A stretch of DNA of 64,000 nt from Actinomycetota bacterium (GCA_045805265.1 JBJMLO010000023.1:478-64477); one strand, 5' to 3'; numbered from the stretch's first letter, positions 45,017 to 56,967 are shown. A program made the numbers and translations. Notes: generated by a model from the letters alone, not told the origin.

Positions 45017-46462
45017 CTACCCGCCGGGGACGGAGGCCGGGCCGGGCGGCGGCCTGGTCGGCAGGATGGGGGGCGGCCGGGGAGGCTGCGAGAGATCGAA
45101 CTCGTCGATCAGGTTCCCGAGGATCGGCTCGTTCTCCCGGACGCTGGGACGGGGATCCCACCTCCCGTCCTTCTCCGGGTCGAGTCGCTGGCCCCCCAGG
45201 AACCGGTCCTCGATGAGCTTGAGATAGGCGTCGAAGGACAGCGTCTGGTGATCGATGTAGCCCTTCCTGGCGTAGGGGCTGATCATCAGGCCCGGAACCC
45301 GGACGGAGTATCCGAGCCCGTCGCGGGTCGCGGGGGGGACGACGTTGTCGTAGAAGCCGCCCCAGTCGTCCCAGGTCACGAAGATCGCCGAGGTGTCCCA
45401 GGCCGAGCTGTGCCCGACCGCGTTGACGAGCGACGTGACCCAGGCCTGGCCGTCGCTGATCAACGCCGGGGGGTGCTCGCTGTTCTTCGCGTTCGGGACC
45501 ACCCACACCACCTGGGGCAGCGTGCCGTCCTTGAGGGCCCGGAAGAAGTCGGAGACGGGCTTGATGTGGTCTGTCTGATTGTCGTCGTGCACGTCGACGA
45601 AGTCCGGCAGGGGGTTCCAGATGTGCGGCGTCCCGACGATGGACTGATCCGGTCCGCAGATCGCGCCGAACCGATCGCAATCCGCCCCCTTCGACGGGTC
45701 CGTGTAGTACGCCCAGTCGACACCGGCCTTGTGGAGGAGGTAGGTGAGATCGGTCCATCCGAAGTCCGCTCTCGTGCTGGTGCTCCGGACGCTCTCCTTG
45801 TCGGGGACCGTGAGGTTCGTGACGCACGAGGCCGGGTCCTCCGGGTTCCGGCAGTACGCCGACCAGCCGCTCACCATGTACAGGTGGGCCGGCTCGCTGG
45901 GGCCGAAGTTCGGCTCGAACATGTGGTCCTGGAGCACGAAGTCCTTCGCGTAGGTCCAGTAGTTCGGGAGCTCCCGCGCGTCGTGCCAGCCCATCAGGTC
46001 GGGGTGCGCGCACACGGGACGGGTCGGGTTCGCCGAGCAGAACGATGCCCGGAGCTGGCCGGCCACCCCCTTGGCCCCGTTCAGGAGGCCGAGCGGCTGG
46101 TCGTAGGCATTGTCCACGAAGCCCGTCATGTGCCCGTTCGCGATGTCCTGCAGGGCGTCGTCGAGGTCGTGGGGCCCCCCGAGGTTCGAGTCCTTGGGGT
46201 CGTGGAACGGCGCGACGCACGTGCCGAGGCGGCCGTTGGGAACACAGACCCGGGGTGTGCCGTCCGGGCCCATCGGGATGCCGTCGGCGCCCGGGAACGT
46301 GCCGAAGTAGGAGTCGAACGACCGGTTCTCCTGCATGATGACGATGACGTGGTCGATCTTGCCGGCCAGCTGCGGATCGGGCCCCTTCGAACAGGTCCCC
46401 CCCGCCACCAGCAGGACGGCGAACCCACCCGCCAGCGTCCGGAGCTTTCTTCGCCGCGTCAT
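45017..46462 (-). CDS. Phosphoesterase / phospholipase C family protein (likely lipoprotein)
   Basis: [45 protein letters not shown]. Confidence 0.93.
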   Translation of the reverse strand: MTRRRKLRTLAGGFAVLLVAGGTCSKGPDPQLAGKIDHVIVIMQENRSFDSYFGTFPGADGIPMGPDGTPRVCVPNGRLGTCVAPFHDPKDSNLGGPHDLDDALQDIANGHMTGFVDNAYDQPLGLLNGAKGVAGQLRASFCSANPTRPVCAHPDLMGWHDARELPNYWTYAKDFVLQDHMFEPNFGPSEPAHLYMVSGWSAYCRNPEDPASCVTNLTVPDKESVRSTSTRADFGWTDLTYLLHKAGVDWAYYTDPSKGADCDRFGAICGPDQSIVGTPHIWNPLPDFVDVHDDNQTDHIKPVSDFFRALKDGTLPQVVWVVPNAKNSEHPPALISDGQAWVTSLVNAVGHSSAWDTSAIFVTWDDWGGFYDNVVPPATRDGLGYSVRVPGLMISPYARKGYIDHQTLSFDAYLKLIEDRFLGGQRLDPEKDGRWDPRPSVRENEPILGNLIDEFDLSQPPRPPPILPTRPPPGPASVPGG

Positions 46463-46548
46463 GCCTCCCCCGCCCCGCCGGCCTGCCTCCGAACATCGCT
46501 GCCGATCCGGGCCCTGCCCGACCGATCCGCCCTTGCTACTGTGGCCCC

Positions 46549-48606
46549 GTGAGGACGTCCCCGGCCCCCGAGATGCTGGGAGGCGAGTCTCAACAGGTCG
46601 GTGGCCCGGGGCGGACTCCCACCACGCTTCGGGTGGCAGGACTCGTCATCGCCTCACTGGCCGCGGTGGGAGTCCTGCTGTTCCTGTACCTGTCCCCGTA
46701 TTTCGCCAATCGATATCACGTCTCGGTGGGCAACGATGCCCCACAGTACCTGGCCCGGGCCAGAATCGTGGCAGGCGGCGGCCTGAATGCGCTGGCCAAC
46801 GCGTTCCCCGCGCCCCTCACCGCGAACCCGGACCGTCCCGGGTACCCAGTGATCGCCAACCTGCTCGACTCGACGCTCGGGATCACGCCGGACCGGCTGG
46901 CGTTCATGTTCTCCGCGGTGCTGTCGGTCGTGATCGGGCTGGCCGCCGCGGCCTTCGCCCGAATGGCCATGGAGGAGCCGCCGTGGAGCTTCCCCGTCTA
47001 TGCCCTGCTGGTGGGGGGGTCGACCAGCACGGCGCTCACCGCGATCGGCCACGTCGACAACCTCATGGTCGACGCCCTGTTGCTGGCCGGAGCCGCCGCG
47101 GCCCTCATGGTGGCCGACGGGCGGCGGGTCATGCCCGCGGCGATCCTGCTGCTCGGGTCCACGGCCATCGTCCACTGGAACTTCGGGCTGTTGTTCGCCG
47201 CGGTCCTCGGGGTGTTCACGGCGGCGCTCGTGCCGGCCTCCGTCATGGCGCTCCGAAGGGGGACCCGGATCGTGGACACGCCGGCCGCCAGGATGGCGGG
47301 GCTCCTCGCCGGGGCCGGAGTGGTGGGGGGTGCGGCATTCCTCCCCCTCCCCGGGGCGCCGCACCTCGTGCAGCTGCCCCGGGCCCAGCTGGCTGTGGAC
47401 TACGCGCGGGCCTCCTCCAAGTACCGGCTGCCGATCTTCGGGGCGCTGGGCGCGGTGGGGGCCGCGGCGCTCCCCCTGGTGCATCGGAGCCGGCGTCGCA
47501 TCTATGCCCTCGTCCTGCTCGTCCTGTGGGCCGCGGTCGGCCTCCTCGCGATCGTCCTGTTCGATCGGGGCTCGGCGATCCCGGCGCACCGCCTCCTCCC
47601 GTTCGCCTACGGCATCCCGGTCCTCGCTGCGGCGGGCGTCGTCGGGCTGGCTCGGCTGGCCGGTGAGCGGCTCCGGCGCTTCGGGAGGGCCGCCGGCGCG
47701 GCCGGGCGGGTCGTGGGGGTCGTCGTGGTCGTGGCCGGGCTCGTCCTCTCCGTCGTGGTGGCGTACCGGATCCTCTCGGTGCGGAAGCCGTTCCTGTCCG
47801 ACACCGCCCTGCAGGAGACCGCGACGGCGGCCAGCTACGCGAGCACCGTCGCCGCCGGCCGTCCCGTGGTGCTGGTGGTGGACCGGCCGGACCAGGGGGC
47901 GGCCACGCTGTACGGCGTTGCGCCGGCGTACCGATGGACCTCCGCGTGGCTCCCGCCGGGGGACCGGTCCCGGTTGTACGTGTACCTGGGGAGCGCCGCC
48001 AACCTCATGGCGGGGAGGCCCTCGCCCGGGCCCGATTCGCTGTTCGACCAGACCTCCACGACCCTGTGGCGGAGCATCCGGCCGATCCCGTCCGACCAGC
48101 TGATCGTCGTCGAGATGAAGTCGTTCAACCGGCACTTCTACAAGTTCATCAAGCGGCATCCGGGGTCCCAGGTGGCGCCGCGGGTGGCGGTCTTCGGCAG
48201 CCGGATGCCCTCGGCCGGCACGCTCACGGTCCCCCGGCTCCCCGATCCCCCCCGGAACTCGTCGCTCGTCGTGCTGGCCGTCCTCACCCTGCTCGGGCTC
48301 GCCGTCGCGGGCATGGGCTGGTCGTCCAGCCTGCTGCCGACCGGGTGGCTCGAGCGCGTGGGCTGCGCGCCGGCCTTCGGGATCGCTGCCCTCGCCCTCG
48401 GCGGGTACGCGGCCGACCGGCTGGGGGTCCGCCTGACCGGCGCGTCCGGCGCCGGCGTCGCGCTCGCCGTCACGGTCCTGGGCTTCGCCCCCCTGGCCGT
48501 CCGGTCGGTGCGAAGGCGCCGCGGGCCGTCCGTCGCGCCGGGTCGGGGCGAGGGAGCGCCCGGGCCCGGCGAGGCCTCCCCCGGCCGGGGCGCCCGGCGG
48601 GCCTGA
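46549..48606 (+). CDS. Polytopic membrane protein, possibly a GT-C-type glycosyltransferase
   Basis: More than 10 hydrophobic segments; first-loop GNDAPQY and DRPGYP motifs; start 46549 or 46573. Confidence 0.75.
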   Translation: MRTSPAPEMLGGESQQVGGPGRTPTTLRVAGLVIASLAAVGVLLFLYLSPYFANRYHVSVGNDAPQYLARARIVAGGGLNALANAFPAPLTANPDRPGYPVIANLLDSTLGITPDRLAFMFSAVLSVVIGLAAAAFARMAMEEPPWSFPVYALLVGGSTSTALTAIGHVDNLMVDALLLAGAAAALMVADGRRVMPAAILLLGSTAIVHWNFGLLFAAVLGVFTAALVPASVMALRRGTRIVDTPAARMAGLLAGAGVVGGAAFLPLPGAPHLVQLPRAQLAVDYARASSKYRLPIFGALGAVGAAALPLVHRSRRRIYALVLLVLWAAVGLLAIVLFDRGSAIPAHRLLPFAYGIPVLAAAGVVGLARLAGERLRRFGRAAGAAGRVVGVVVVVAGLVLSVVVAYRILSVRKPFLSDTALQETATAASYASTVAAGRPVVLVVDRPDQGAATLYGVAPAYRWTSAWLPPGDRSRLYVYLGSAANLMAGRPSPGPDSLFDQTSTTLWRSIRPIPSDQLIVVEMKSFNRHFYKFIKRHPGSQVAPRVAVFGSRMPSAGTLTVPRLPDPPRNSSLVVLAVLTLLGLAVAGMGWSSSLLPTGWLERVGCAPAFGIAALALGGYAADRLGVRLTGASGAGVALAVTVLGFAPLAVRSVRRRRGPSVAPGRGEGAPGPGEASPGRGARRA

Positions 48607-48704
48607 GCCGGAGGCGCCCTCGGCCCCCGCGATCCGGGGCACCCGCCGATATGATGGGCCTTCCCCGGCTCTCCCATGCAGAGATCAACTTGACCTCGAC
48701 GTCG

Positions 48705-50123
48705 ATGTCGTCCGGCCGTACGCGCCGGGCGCGTTCGATCGTCGCGGCGGCGGCGGCCCTCCTCGCCCTGGCGTCCGCTTGTACGGGCTCGCAGCCGGAC
48801 GACTCCTTCAAGTTCCACGGCGACGCGTCCCGGTTCCACACCCGGTGGCCCATCAAGCACGTCGTGTTCATCATCAAGGAGAACCGGAGCTTCGACGAGA
48901 TGTTCGGCCTCTTCCCGGGGGCGGACGGCGCGACCTCCGGCATGGACCACGGACGGCGCCGGAAACTGACCCGGGGGACCGACGGGCGGGTCCCGCACGA
49001 CCTCCCCCACGACCGGCAGGCCGCCATCCTGTCCTATGACGGCGGGAAGATGGACGGCTTCGGGTTCCGGGCCGGGAAGTTCTACGCGTACACCCAGCTC
49101 CACGCGGACCAGCTGCCGAACTACTGGCAATGGGCCAGGCAATACGTGCTCGGCGACCGCTTCTTCGCGTCGGTGAACGGGCCGTCGTACCCGAATCACC
49201 TGATGACCATCGCCGCCACGTCCGGCGGCTCGGTCGACAATCCCGAGCCCCCCTCGAAGGCCGACCAGGGGAACTTCAAGACGTGGGGGTGCGACTCGCC
49301 CAAGAGCGAGACCGTGGCGGTCGAGGACACCGAGGGACACGTCCACATGGTCCCGCCGTGCTTCGACTTCCAGACGGAGGGCGACCTGCTGACGAAGGCG
49401 AGCATCCCCTGGGCCTACTACGCGGCCCCCCCGGTGCCGTGGGACCAGCCGTCCCGCTCGGGCTACATCTGGTCGGCGTACGCCTCGGTCCGCCACATCC
49501 GCGACGACCCGAAGCAGTGGGACAGCCATGTGTTCCCGACGCGCGAGCTCGTGGACGACATCGCCGCCGACCGCCTGCCCCCCGTGACCTGGGTCACGCC
49601 GCAGTTCGCGCTGTCGGAGCACCCCGAGTACAACCTGTGCCACGGCGAGAACTGGTCGACGCGCGTGATCGACGCGATCATGCGGAGCCCCATGTGGAAG
49701 GACACCGCGATCTTCCTGACGTGGGACGACTGGGGCGGGTTCTACGACCACGTCCCCCCGCCCCAGATCGACAAGTTCGGCCTGGGGATCCGGGTTCCGC
49801 TGCTGCTCATCTCGCCCTACGCGAGGAAGGGGCTCGTCGACCACCACCACGGCGAGTTCTCGAGCGTGCTGCGGTTCATCGAAGACAACTGGGGCCTGCC
49901 CCAACTCACTCGCCGGGACCGCGAGGCCGGGAACCTCCACGAGGCCTTCGACTTCACCCAGCCGCCGAGGGCGCCCGACCCGCTGCCCGAGCGCACCGAC
50001 TGCCGGGGGTCGATCTTCGCGAACCCGCCGCCGGGCTCCGACCGTCCGATCGGCCCCAAGCCGAGCCCGTTCACGAGCCCCACCGCTGGGCTGGTCCCCT
50101 CGCCTACGTCGTCCCCGGCTTGA
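48705..50123 (+). CDS. Phosphoesterase / phospholipase C family lipoprotein
   Basis: Lipobox [42 protein letters not shown]. Confidence 0.93.
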   Translation: MSSGRTRRARSIVAAAAALLALASACTGSQPDDSFKFHGDASRFHTRWPIKHVVFIIKENRSFDEMFGLFPGADGATSGMDHGRRRKLTRGTDGRVPHDLPHDRQAAILSYDGGKMDGFGFRAGKFYAYTQLHADQLPNYWQWARQYVLGDRFFASVNGPSYPNHLMTIAATSGGSVDNPEPPSKADQGNFKTWGCDSPKSETVAVEDTEGHVHMVPPCFDFQTEGDLLTKASIPWAYYAAPPVPWDQPSRSGYIWSAYASVRHIRDDPKQWDSHVFPTRELVDDIAADRLPPVTWVTPQFALSEHPEYNLCHGENWSTRVIDAIMRSPMWKDTAIFLTWDDWGGFYDHVPPPQIDKFGLGIRVPLLLISPYARKGLVDHHHGEFSSVLRFIEDNWGLPQLTRRDREAGNLHEAFDFTQPPRAPDPLPERTDCRGSIFANPPPGSDRPIGPKPSPFTSPTAGLVPSPTSSPA

Positions 50124-52533
50124 CCGCCGGCGGGCTCGCCGGCTCCTGGGCCGCCACCGTATCGGTCTGTCGCACTGGTTCCTGCCCTGCCGTGGCCGCG
50201 GCCGCGCTGTGGCGTCGTTCGCGCCGCCGGGCGACGAGCATCGCGGCGGCCATGAGCGCCACGACCGCGGCCGAGCCCCCGAGCCCGTAGCCGATCGGCG
50301 GGTCGTCGTACCGCAGGACCACGGAGTGCCGGCCCGCGGGCACCGGCACGCCCTGGAGCAGGTAGTCGGCGTGCACGACCGGCGCGGGACGGCCGTCCAC
50401 GGTGGCGTGCCAGTGCTCGTCCCACGAGTTCCGGACCAGGACGACCCCGGCCGAAGGCGCGCGGACGTCGATCCGCACCTCCTGGGGGCCGGGCTCGAGC
50501 TCGTCGGCGGTTCCGCCCGGCTGCTGCGGCCCGCACGGGACGGACGGCCCCGAGTCGAGCACCACGACGCGTCCCGGGTCGAAGCCGGGCTCGTACACGG
50601 CCCGAAGCGCCGCGTCGGAGTCCGGAACCGAACGGCACGACGTGAGGAGCGACGCCCGCGGCGAGGGATCCTGCACCCGGCGAAGGGTCCACGTTCCCTC
50701 GCGAGCGACGTCGGTCCCGGGGAGCTGCTGGACCCGCCCCGCGGGCTGGATGAGGAACGCCACCTGGAGCAGGTCGAGCTGCAGGGGACTGACGTGCTTG
50801 AGGAACGAGGCGTTGTAGTTGATGTTGGAGTCGGCCCCGTAGCGGAAGAACTCCCAGAACCGGAGCAGCTGGACCGGGTTGTATCCCTGGGCCTCTCGCA
50901 GCCCGAACAGCATCGACTGTCCGTTGCCGAGCAACGGGGCGTCCGTCGGCTCCTGGTGGCCCAGGTAGCCGCCCGACCGGCCCAGCTCACGGGGCGCGTA
51001 GGACATGTAACGGCCGGAGCCCTGGGCCTGGATGAGCCCGACCATCCGCGGAGGCCGGAGCCACGAGTCGATCGACACCGGCCGGGGATAGGTGGACGCG
51101 GCATCCGGGTACGCCGCCAGGCCGTTCACCACCAGCTCCACGCCGATCAGCAGGGGCAGGACCGCGACCAGCGCCGGCCGCCCCGCCATCGCCACGAGGA
51201 CCACCACGGTCACGGCCGCCACCACGAGGAACAGGAGCAGCTCGTGGAACGGCCTCGCGAACAGCAGCGCGCCGCCCCACCACACGACCACCCCCGGGAC
51301 GACCAGCAACAACCGGGTCCGCGCGTTCCGGGCGACCCGCCACCCCTCGACCCCGTACCCGACGAGGATGGCGACCGTCAGGACGACCGCGAACCGGAGC
51401 CGGCTGGGCGCGTGGATGTAGGCGGCCCCGAGCGACGACGACGACAACGAGCTCAGATGCTTCGCGATCTCGTTGACGGAGAGGAGGTAGCAGATCACGG
51501 CGAACGCGGTGAACCCCGCCACGACGCCGCGGTTCCTCCGGGACGCCCACCCCACGGCCACGAGCGCGACGCCGGCGGCGCCGAGGTACAGCCCGGGCGA
51601 GCGCAGGAGATCGAACGGCCACCCGGAGAGCAGGCGGTACCCGGTGAAGAACGTGTGTCCGGAGTGCCCGGTGAGCCGTTGGGTCAGGTCGTCCAGCCGG
51701 CCGTAGCCTAGGCCGAGCGACGTCCGCGGCAGGTAGGCCAGCCGGGGAACGATGGCCGCGAGGTTCACGAGGGGGATCACGGCGAACAGCAGGAGCACCC
51801 GGCCCGACGCGAGCTTCCACCCCACGTCACGCTGCAGGCTCCGGATCACGACGTACAGGAACAGGACCACCGTCGCGATCGCCATCCCGTCGCTGAAGTG
51901 GGCGGCGGCCACCTGGCCCCAGGCCAACCCGGCCGCGAGCAGCCACCCCAGGCGGCCGCTCCACGTCGACGCCCGCAGGTAACGGGCGCCGGCGGCCAGC
52001 AGCACCGGGGTCCAGGCCAGGGAAGCGGAGAAGGGGACGTAGGGGCCGAAGAACGACCCGGCGAGGACCAGGGCGAGCACGAGCCCACCGGCGGTGGCCG
52101 CCGCCCGGGAGGTCCGGTCGGCCCGCAGGAACGCGTACATGCCGAGGCCCGCGATGACCGGCTGGACGAAAAGGTAGAGCCGGAGCGCGGTCCCGCACGG
52201 CGTCGCGGCGAACAGCAGCATCGCCGGGAGGTTCATCCATCCCGATTGGGGGTCGGAGGCGAACGGGACTCCGGCCATGACATGCGGGTTCCACGAGGGG
52301 ATGTGGCCGGCGGCCAGGGCCTTGCCCAGGAAGCAGAACTGGGGGAGCCAGAACGACATCAGGTCGATGTGGGTGGCGATCGTGGTTCCGAACAGCAGCT
52401 GGTGGAGCACCACGACGACGGCGAGGACGATCGCCGCCGGGCCGGCATAGCGACGGACTGCCTTCGATCCCCCGCGATCCTCGCCGGGAGTCGAGCTCGC
52501 GGCGCGGAGACGGATGCGTCGGAGGCTCGGCAT
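50104..52533 (-). CDS. YfhO-family multi-TM membrane protein (paralog of 42502-45009)
   Basis: [17 protein letters not shown]...[39 protein letters not shown]. Confidence 0.88.
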   Translation of the reverse strand: MPSLRRIRLRAASSTPGEDRGGSKAVRRYAGPAAIVLAVVVVLHQLLFGTTIATHIDLMSFWLPQFCFLGKALAAGHIPSWNPHVMAGVPFASDPQSGWMNLPAMLLFAATPCGTALRLYLFVQPVIAGLGMYAFLRADRTSRAAATAGGLVLALVLAGSFFGPYVPFSASLAWTPVLLAAGARYLRASTWSGRLGWLLAAGLAWGQVAAAHFSDGMAIATVVLFLYVVIRSLQRDVGWKLASGRVLLLFAVIPLVNLAAIVPRLAYLPRTSLGLGYGRLDDLTQRLTGHSGHTFFTGYRLLSGWPFDLLRSPGLYLGAAGVALVAVGWASRRNRGVVAGFTAFAVICYLLSVNEIAKHLSSLSSSSLGAAYIHAPSRLRFAVVLTVAILVGYGVEGWRVARNARTRLLLVVPGVVVWWGGALLFARPFHELLLFLVVAAVTVVVLVAMAGRPALVAVLPLLIGVELVVNGLAAYPDAASTYPRPVSIDSWLRPPRMVGLIQAQGSGRYMSYAPRELGRSGGYLGHQEPTDAPLLGNGQSMLFGLREAQGYNPVQLLRFWEFFRYGADSNINYNASFLKHVSPLQLDLLQVAFLIQPAGRVQQLPGTDVAREGTWTLRRVQDPSPRASLLTSCRSVPDSDAALRAVYEPGFDPGRVVVLDSGPSVPCGPQQPGGTADELEPGPQEVRIDVRAPSAGVVLVRNSWDEHWHATVDGRPAPVVHADYLLQGVPVPAGRHSVVLRYDDPPIGYGLGGSAAVVALMAAAMLVARRRERRHSAAAATAGQEPVRQTDTVAAQEPASPPAVKPGTT

Positions 52534-52634
52534 CGGCCCGGAGACTAACGCAGGACTCCCTCCCGGGCCGGGCCGGCCTGCCGCGGCGCACCCCGGCTCC
52601 TTGCCCGGGCCGGGAAGCCTGGAACTGCGCCCCG

Positions 52635-53675
52635 TTACCGGGCGGGGCGGACGCCGTCCTGGAGCTCTGAGGGCGTGGCCGCGACCTCGATCGCCCGGTC
52701 GCCCCGGTGCAGGCGGAGCGTCAGGCGCCGGCCGATCGCGCCGGCGTTCATCAGCCGCTGGAGGTCGTCCATACCCGACACCGGCTGACCGTCGACCTCG
52801 AGCAGGAGGTCCTCGGCGCGGACGCCGGCCCGGTCCGCGGGGCTGCCCGGCACGACCTCGACGATCTCGACCCCGCGGGTCCGGCCGACCGCCTCGGCCA
52901 CCCGGGGCGGGAGCGGCCGGGGCCCCCCGGCCAGTCCCAGGTACGCGCGGCGCACCCGCCCGTCGGTCATCAGCGCGGCGACGATGCGACGGGTGGCCGG
53001 ACTGATGGGCACCGCCAGCCCGAGCCCCTGTCCCATCCCGGGACCGACCACGGCGGTGTTGATCCCGACCAGCCGGCCCCGCGCGTCGGCGAGCGCGCCG
53101 CCCGAGTTCCCGGGGTGCAACGCGGCGTCGGTCTGGATCACGTTCTCGACCAGGCGGGTCACGGAGCCGGCGCGGGTGGGGAACGACCGCCCGAGGGCGC
53201 TCACCACGCCGGCCGTCACCGACCCGGAGAAGCCGAACGGGTTGCCGATGGCGACGACGAGCTGGCCGACGCGGAGGCGAGTGGCGTCCCCGAGTTCGGC
53301 CGGTGACAGGTCCGACCCGGACACCCGGACCACCGCGAGGTCGGAGAGCGGATCGGTTCCCACGATCTCGAGCGCGAGCTCGCGCCCGTCGGTCAGTGTG
53401 GCCAGGCCACGGTCGGTTCCCGCGACGACGTGGGCCGACGTCAGCAGGAAGCCGTCCGGGGTCACCACGACCGCGCTGCCGCCGCCCTCCTGCCGGCCGA
53501 GCCGGTCCAGCCGCCGCCACACGCGCAGGTTCGCGACCGACGGCGAGAGCCGCTCGGCCACGGCGGTGACCACGCGGGAGTACGCGTCGAGCGCCTCGTC
53601 ACCGTTCCCGTCGAGGGCGCGGTCGATCGCGGCCGGCTCGTCGCCCAGAGCCCCGAGGAACGCCACATCGGTCAC
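52635..53675 (-). CDS. HtrA/DegP-like serine protease with one PDZ domain, no signal peptide
   Basis: LTSAHVV, SDLAVV, IQTDAALHPGNSGG, PDZ GSPADRAG. Confidence 0.93.
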   Translation of the reverse strand: MTDVAFLGALGDEPAAIDRALDGNGDEALDAYSRVVTAVAERLSPSVANLRVWRRLDRLGRQEGGGSAVVVTPDGFLLTSAHVVAGTDRGLATLTDGRELALEIVGTDPLSDLAVVRVSGSDLSPAELGDATRLRVGQLVVAIGNPFGFSGSVTAGVVSALGRSFPTRAGSVTRLVENVIQTDAALHPGNSGGALADARGRLVGINTAVVGPGMGQGLGLAVPISPATRRIVAALMTDGRVRRAYLGLAGGPRPLPPRVAEAVGRTRGVEIVEVVPGSPADRAGVRAEDLLLEVDGQPVSGMDDLQRLMNAGAIGRRLTLRLHRGDRAIEVAATPSELQDGVRPAR

Positions 53676-53781
53676 GGATCGAGCGTAGCACCCGGTGCGT
53701 GTAATGAAGTAATGACCCCGCCGACGCGTGACCGCCGACGAGTCCAGCCGCGGGCGGACGTCGGACTCCTGGCACGACGCG

Positions 53782-54996
53782 CTACGCGTCGAGCTGCGGA
53801 GTGTCCTGCCGGGAGAGCTCGTCGCGGGCGAGCCGCAGCGCCTCCTCGTACACGTCCCGGGCCGGGATCCCGCTGTCGCGCGCGGCGCGGGCGCAGTCCT
53901 CGAACTCGGGGGCCACGGTGACCGGGTGACCGTCGAGCAGGCCCACCTTGACCGCGATCGTTCCGGCGGTCGTCTCGACCTTCAGCGTCTCCCGGTCGAG
54001 CGAGAACTTCGACACCGGCGTGGACCGGACGCCCAGCGTCCCGGTCTCCCGGAACAGGATCCGCCGGAGATCCGGCTCGGCGGCGGCGGTGCAGAGCACG
54101 GACACCATCACGGCGGGACGGCTCTTCTTCATGACGATCGGCGTCAGCCAGGCGTCCTGCGCGCCGGCCCCGAGCAGCCGTTCCAGAACGAACTCGTACA
54201 TCTCCGGGTTGAGGTCGTCGACGTTCGTCGAGATGACGACCTCACCGGTCGTGCTGGCGTCGGGGACGTGCGGGCGTCGGTCCGATTCGATTCCCACGAG
54301 GACCCGGACGACGTTGGGGTAGTCGAGCTCGTGCGTGCCGGCCCCGTAGCCGACCGCGCTGATCTCCATGAGCGGCAGGTCGCCGTACCCCTCCGCGGTG
54401 GCCGCCAGGATCGCGGCGCCGGTCGGCGTCACCAGCTCGACCGAGCCGCCCCGGGAGTACATCGGAGCTCCGCGCAGGAGCTCGAGCACGGCCGGCGTGG
54501 GAAGAGGCAGGAGTCCGTGGTCGGTGCGGACCATGCCGCTGCCGGTGGGGATGGCCGACGCGAAGACCCGCTCGATGCCGAGCACGTCGAGGGCGATCGC
54601 CGTTCCCACGATGTCGACGATGGAGTCGATGCCGCCCACCTCGTGGAACGTGACGAGCTCGACCTCCTTGCGGTGGATGTGCGCCTCGGCCTCGGCCAGC
54701 CGCCGGAAGATCCGCTGGGCGGTGGTCTTCACCGATGCCGGCAGCTCGGCTGCATCGAGCAACATGCGGATGCTCGAGTAGGTGCGGATCAGCGCGGTGC
54801 TCTCCGCCCGGACGGTCAGCTTGGTGGCGCGGAGACCGGCGCTCTGGCGTTCCTCGACGTCGATCTCGAAGGGCTCCAGCGGCAGCGCGGCGAGTCCGGC
54901 CCGGATCGCGTCCGGATCCGCGCCGGCATCGATGAGCGCTCCGAGTGCCATGTCACCGGAGATGCCGGCGACGCAATCGAAGTACGCGACCCGCAC
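53782..54996 (-). CDS. larC: Nickel-pincer cofactor biosynthesis protein LarC
   Basis: YFDCVAGISGDMALGAL, FHEVGGIDSIVD, ELVTPTGAA, MKKSRP, PEFED. Confidence 0.95.
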   Translation of the reverse strand: MRVAYFDCVAGISGDMALGALIDAGADPDAIRAGLAALPLEPFEIDVEERQSAGLRATKLTVRAESTALIRTYSSIRMLLDAAELPASVKTTAQRIFRRLAEAEAHIHRKEVELVTFHEVGGIDSIVDIVGTAIALDVLGIERVFASAIPTGSGMVRTDHGLLPLPTPAVLELLRGAPMYSRGGSVELVTPTGAAILAATAEGYGDLPLMEISAVGYGAGTHELDYPNVVRVLVGIESDRRPHVPDASTTGEVVISTNVDDLNPEMYEFVLERLLGAGAQDAWLTPIVMKKSRPAVMVSVLCTAAAEPDLRRILFRETGTLGVRSTPVSKFSLDRETLKVETTAGTIAVKVGLLDGHPVTVAPEFEDCARAARDSGIPARDVYEEALRLARDELSRQDTPQLDA

Positions 54997-55053
54997 CTAA
55001 GGAGCCGCCTCGGCATTGACCTCGGTGCGCGAGCGGCTCTCAGCGCCGGGCAC

Positions 55054-55827
55054 TCAGCGGCTCCGCGCGCGGAGGATCCGGTGAGCGACGAGCCCCGCGC
55101 CGAAGCCGTTGTCGATGTTCACGACGCTGATCCCGGGGGCGCACGAGGCGAGCATGGTGAGGAGCGCCGCGAGGCCCTCGAACGACGCGCCGTAGCCGAC
55201 GCTGGTGGGCACCGCGATCACCGGTCGCGAGGTGAGGCCGGCCACCACCGACGGCAGCGCGCCCTCCATGCCGGCGACCACGACGAGGCAGTCGGCCGAC
55301 TCGATGCGGTGCCGGTGGTCGAGCAGGCGGTGCACGCCGGCGACGCCCACGTCGGCGATGCGGTCGACCTCGACGCCGAGGGCTCCGAGCGTCAGGGCGG
55401 CCTCCTGGGCCACCGGGAGGTCGGCGGTTCCCGCGCTGAGGACGGCCACCGTCCCGAGGAGGTCGCCGTTGGGCGCGGCTCCCTTCACGATCACCAGCCG
55501 GGACCGTTCGTCGTAGCGGGCGTCGGGGATCGCGTCGGCCACCTGGGCGGCCTGCTCGGCGGTGGCGCGGGTGACGAACACGGCGCCCGCTGTTCTGCCG
55601 GCGAGGGCGACCGCGGCGTCGCGAACCTCCCGCGGGGACTTGCCGGGCGCGTACACGGCCTCGGCCTGGCCGGTGCGGAGCTCCCGGTGGTGGTCGATCT
55701 TGGCCGAGCCGATGTCCTCGAAAGGCAGATCGCGGAGGTCGGCCAGGGCCTCGGACACCGTTCGATCGCCGTCCGCCACACGCTGCAACAGCGTGGAAAT
55801 GGTTGCTTCGTCCACGGGACCGGTCAT
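55054..55827 (-). CDS. larB: Nickel-pincer cofactor biosynthesis protein LarB
   Basis: AGTADLPVAQEA, DVGVAGVHRL, AGMEGALPSV, VPTSVGYG, VVNIDNGFGA. Confidence 0.95.
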   Translation of the reverse strand: MTGPVDEATISTLLQRVADGDRTVSEALADLRDLPFEDIGSAKIDHHRELRTGQAEAVYAPGKSPREVRDAAVALAGRTAGAVFVTRATAEQAAQVADAIPDARYDERSRLVIVKGAAPNGDLLGTVAVLSAGTADLPVAQEAALTLGALGVEVDRIADVGVAGVHRLLDHRHRIESADCLVVVAGMEGALPSVVAGLTSRPVIAVPTSVGYGASFEGLAALLTMLASCAPGISVVNIDNGFGAGLVAHRILRARSR

Positions 55828-55869
55828 TGTATACTCCGCCCGTTCGGGCATGTAGACGGCCCAATACCT

Positions 55870-56379
55870 GTGATCCTTCCCGCCAAGACACTCACGGTGC
55901 TCGTCATCGTCGCCCTGGGGGTGGCGGTCCTCGCGCTGTTCGTCACCGTGGCGTCGGCGCGGGCCCGGCGCCGCCCCCAGCAGAGCTCGCTGCCGCTCCA
56001 GATGGACGACGTGCTGCGGAGCATCCTCGAGGGACACGCCCGGGCGCTGCAGCGGCTGGAGGCCGCGGTCCGGCAACTGGCGGCCGACGACGTCCGTCTG
56101 GACGAGCGGCTGACGACGGCGGTGCAGCGGGTCGCGCTGATCCGGTACGACGCGTTCGAGGACGTGGGCGGGCGGTTGTCGTTCACCTGCGCGCTGCTCG
56201 ACGAGCACGGCAACGGCGTGGTGGTGACCTCGATCAGCGGGCGGCAGGACACCCGGGTCTACGCCAAGCCGGTGTCCAAGGGAACGAGCGACCACAACCT
56301 GTCCGAGGAAGAGGTCGAAGCCATCCGCGAGGCCCTGGGCGACGAGTCGCTCGACCGTCAGACTGTGGAGGCGCGGTGA
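55870..56379 (+). CDS. DUF4446 family membrane protein
   Basis: N-terminal TM, RYDAFEDVGGRLSF, RVYAKP, LSEEE. Confidence 0.88.
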   Translation: MILPAKTLTVLVIVALGVAVLALFVTVASARARRRPQQSSLPLQMDDVLRSILEGHARALQRLEAAVRQLAADDVRLDERLTTAVQRVALIRYDAFEDVGGRLSFTCALLDEHGNGVVVTSISGRQDTRVYAKPVSKGTSDHNLSEEEVEAIREALGDESLDRQTVEAR

Positions 56380-56903
56380 TGTGGAGACGTGATTCGGATC
56401 AGAATGAGCCCGCCGAGCGAGCGGAGGTACGACAGATGGCGCAGGAAGGGGAGGTCACGGTCGTCGGTCAGGGTGCGCGGCTGGAGGGCACGATCGTGTC
56501 CGCGGGGTCGCTGCGGGTCGACGGCCAGGTCAAGGGCCAGATCAACGCCGACGGGGACGTGATGCTGTCGCCCCAGAGCCAGGTCGACGCCGACATCCGT
56601 GCGGACAACGTGGTCGTTGCCGGCCGGTTCAAGGGGAACATCGTGGTCAAGGGCAAGGCCGAGCTCGCGCGCGGTGGCCGCGTCGACGGCAACATCACCT
56701 CCAAGAGCCTCGTCGTCCAGGAGGGCGGCATCTTCTGCGGCCAGTCGAACATGGACGAAGGAGCCACGCCCTCGCAGCCTCCGCAATCCGCGTCGCAGCC
56801 GTCCCGCTCGCAACCGGCGGCGACCTCCGCCCAGCCGACGACTGGTCCCAACGGCGGGGAGACCAAGGCCGAGACTGAATCCACTCGAGCGGCCCGCCAC
56901 TAG
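56379..56903 (+). CDS. Bactofilin (polymer-forming cytoskeletal protein)
   Basis: TVVGQGARLEGTI...LRVDGQVKGQI...VVAGRFKGNI...VDGNI...GGIFCG beta-helix. Confidence 0.93.
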   Translation: MWRRDSDQNEPAERAEVRQMAQEGEVTVVGQGARLEGTIVSAGSLRVDGQVKGQINADGDVMLSPQSQVDADIRADNVVVAGRFKGNIVVKGKAELARGGRVDGNITSKSLVVQEGGIFCGQSNMDEGATPSQPPQSASQPSRSQPAATSAQPTTGPNGGETKAETESTRAARH

Positions 56904-56967
56904 TCCGGCCTGGACGACCGAGCTGGGGACATGGCCACCCGTCGAGAACCTGGCATCCTGTCTGGCC

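Noticed and set aside
53728-56379. 883-aa ORF ending in DUF4446
   Set aside because: The first about 710 codons are antisense to larC and larB; the real gene starts near 55870.
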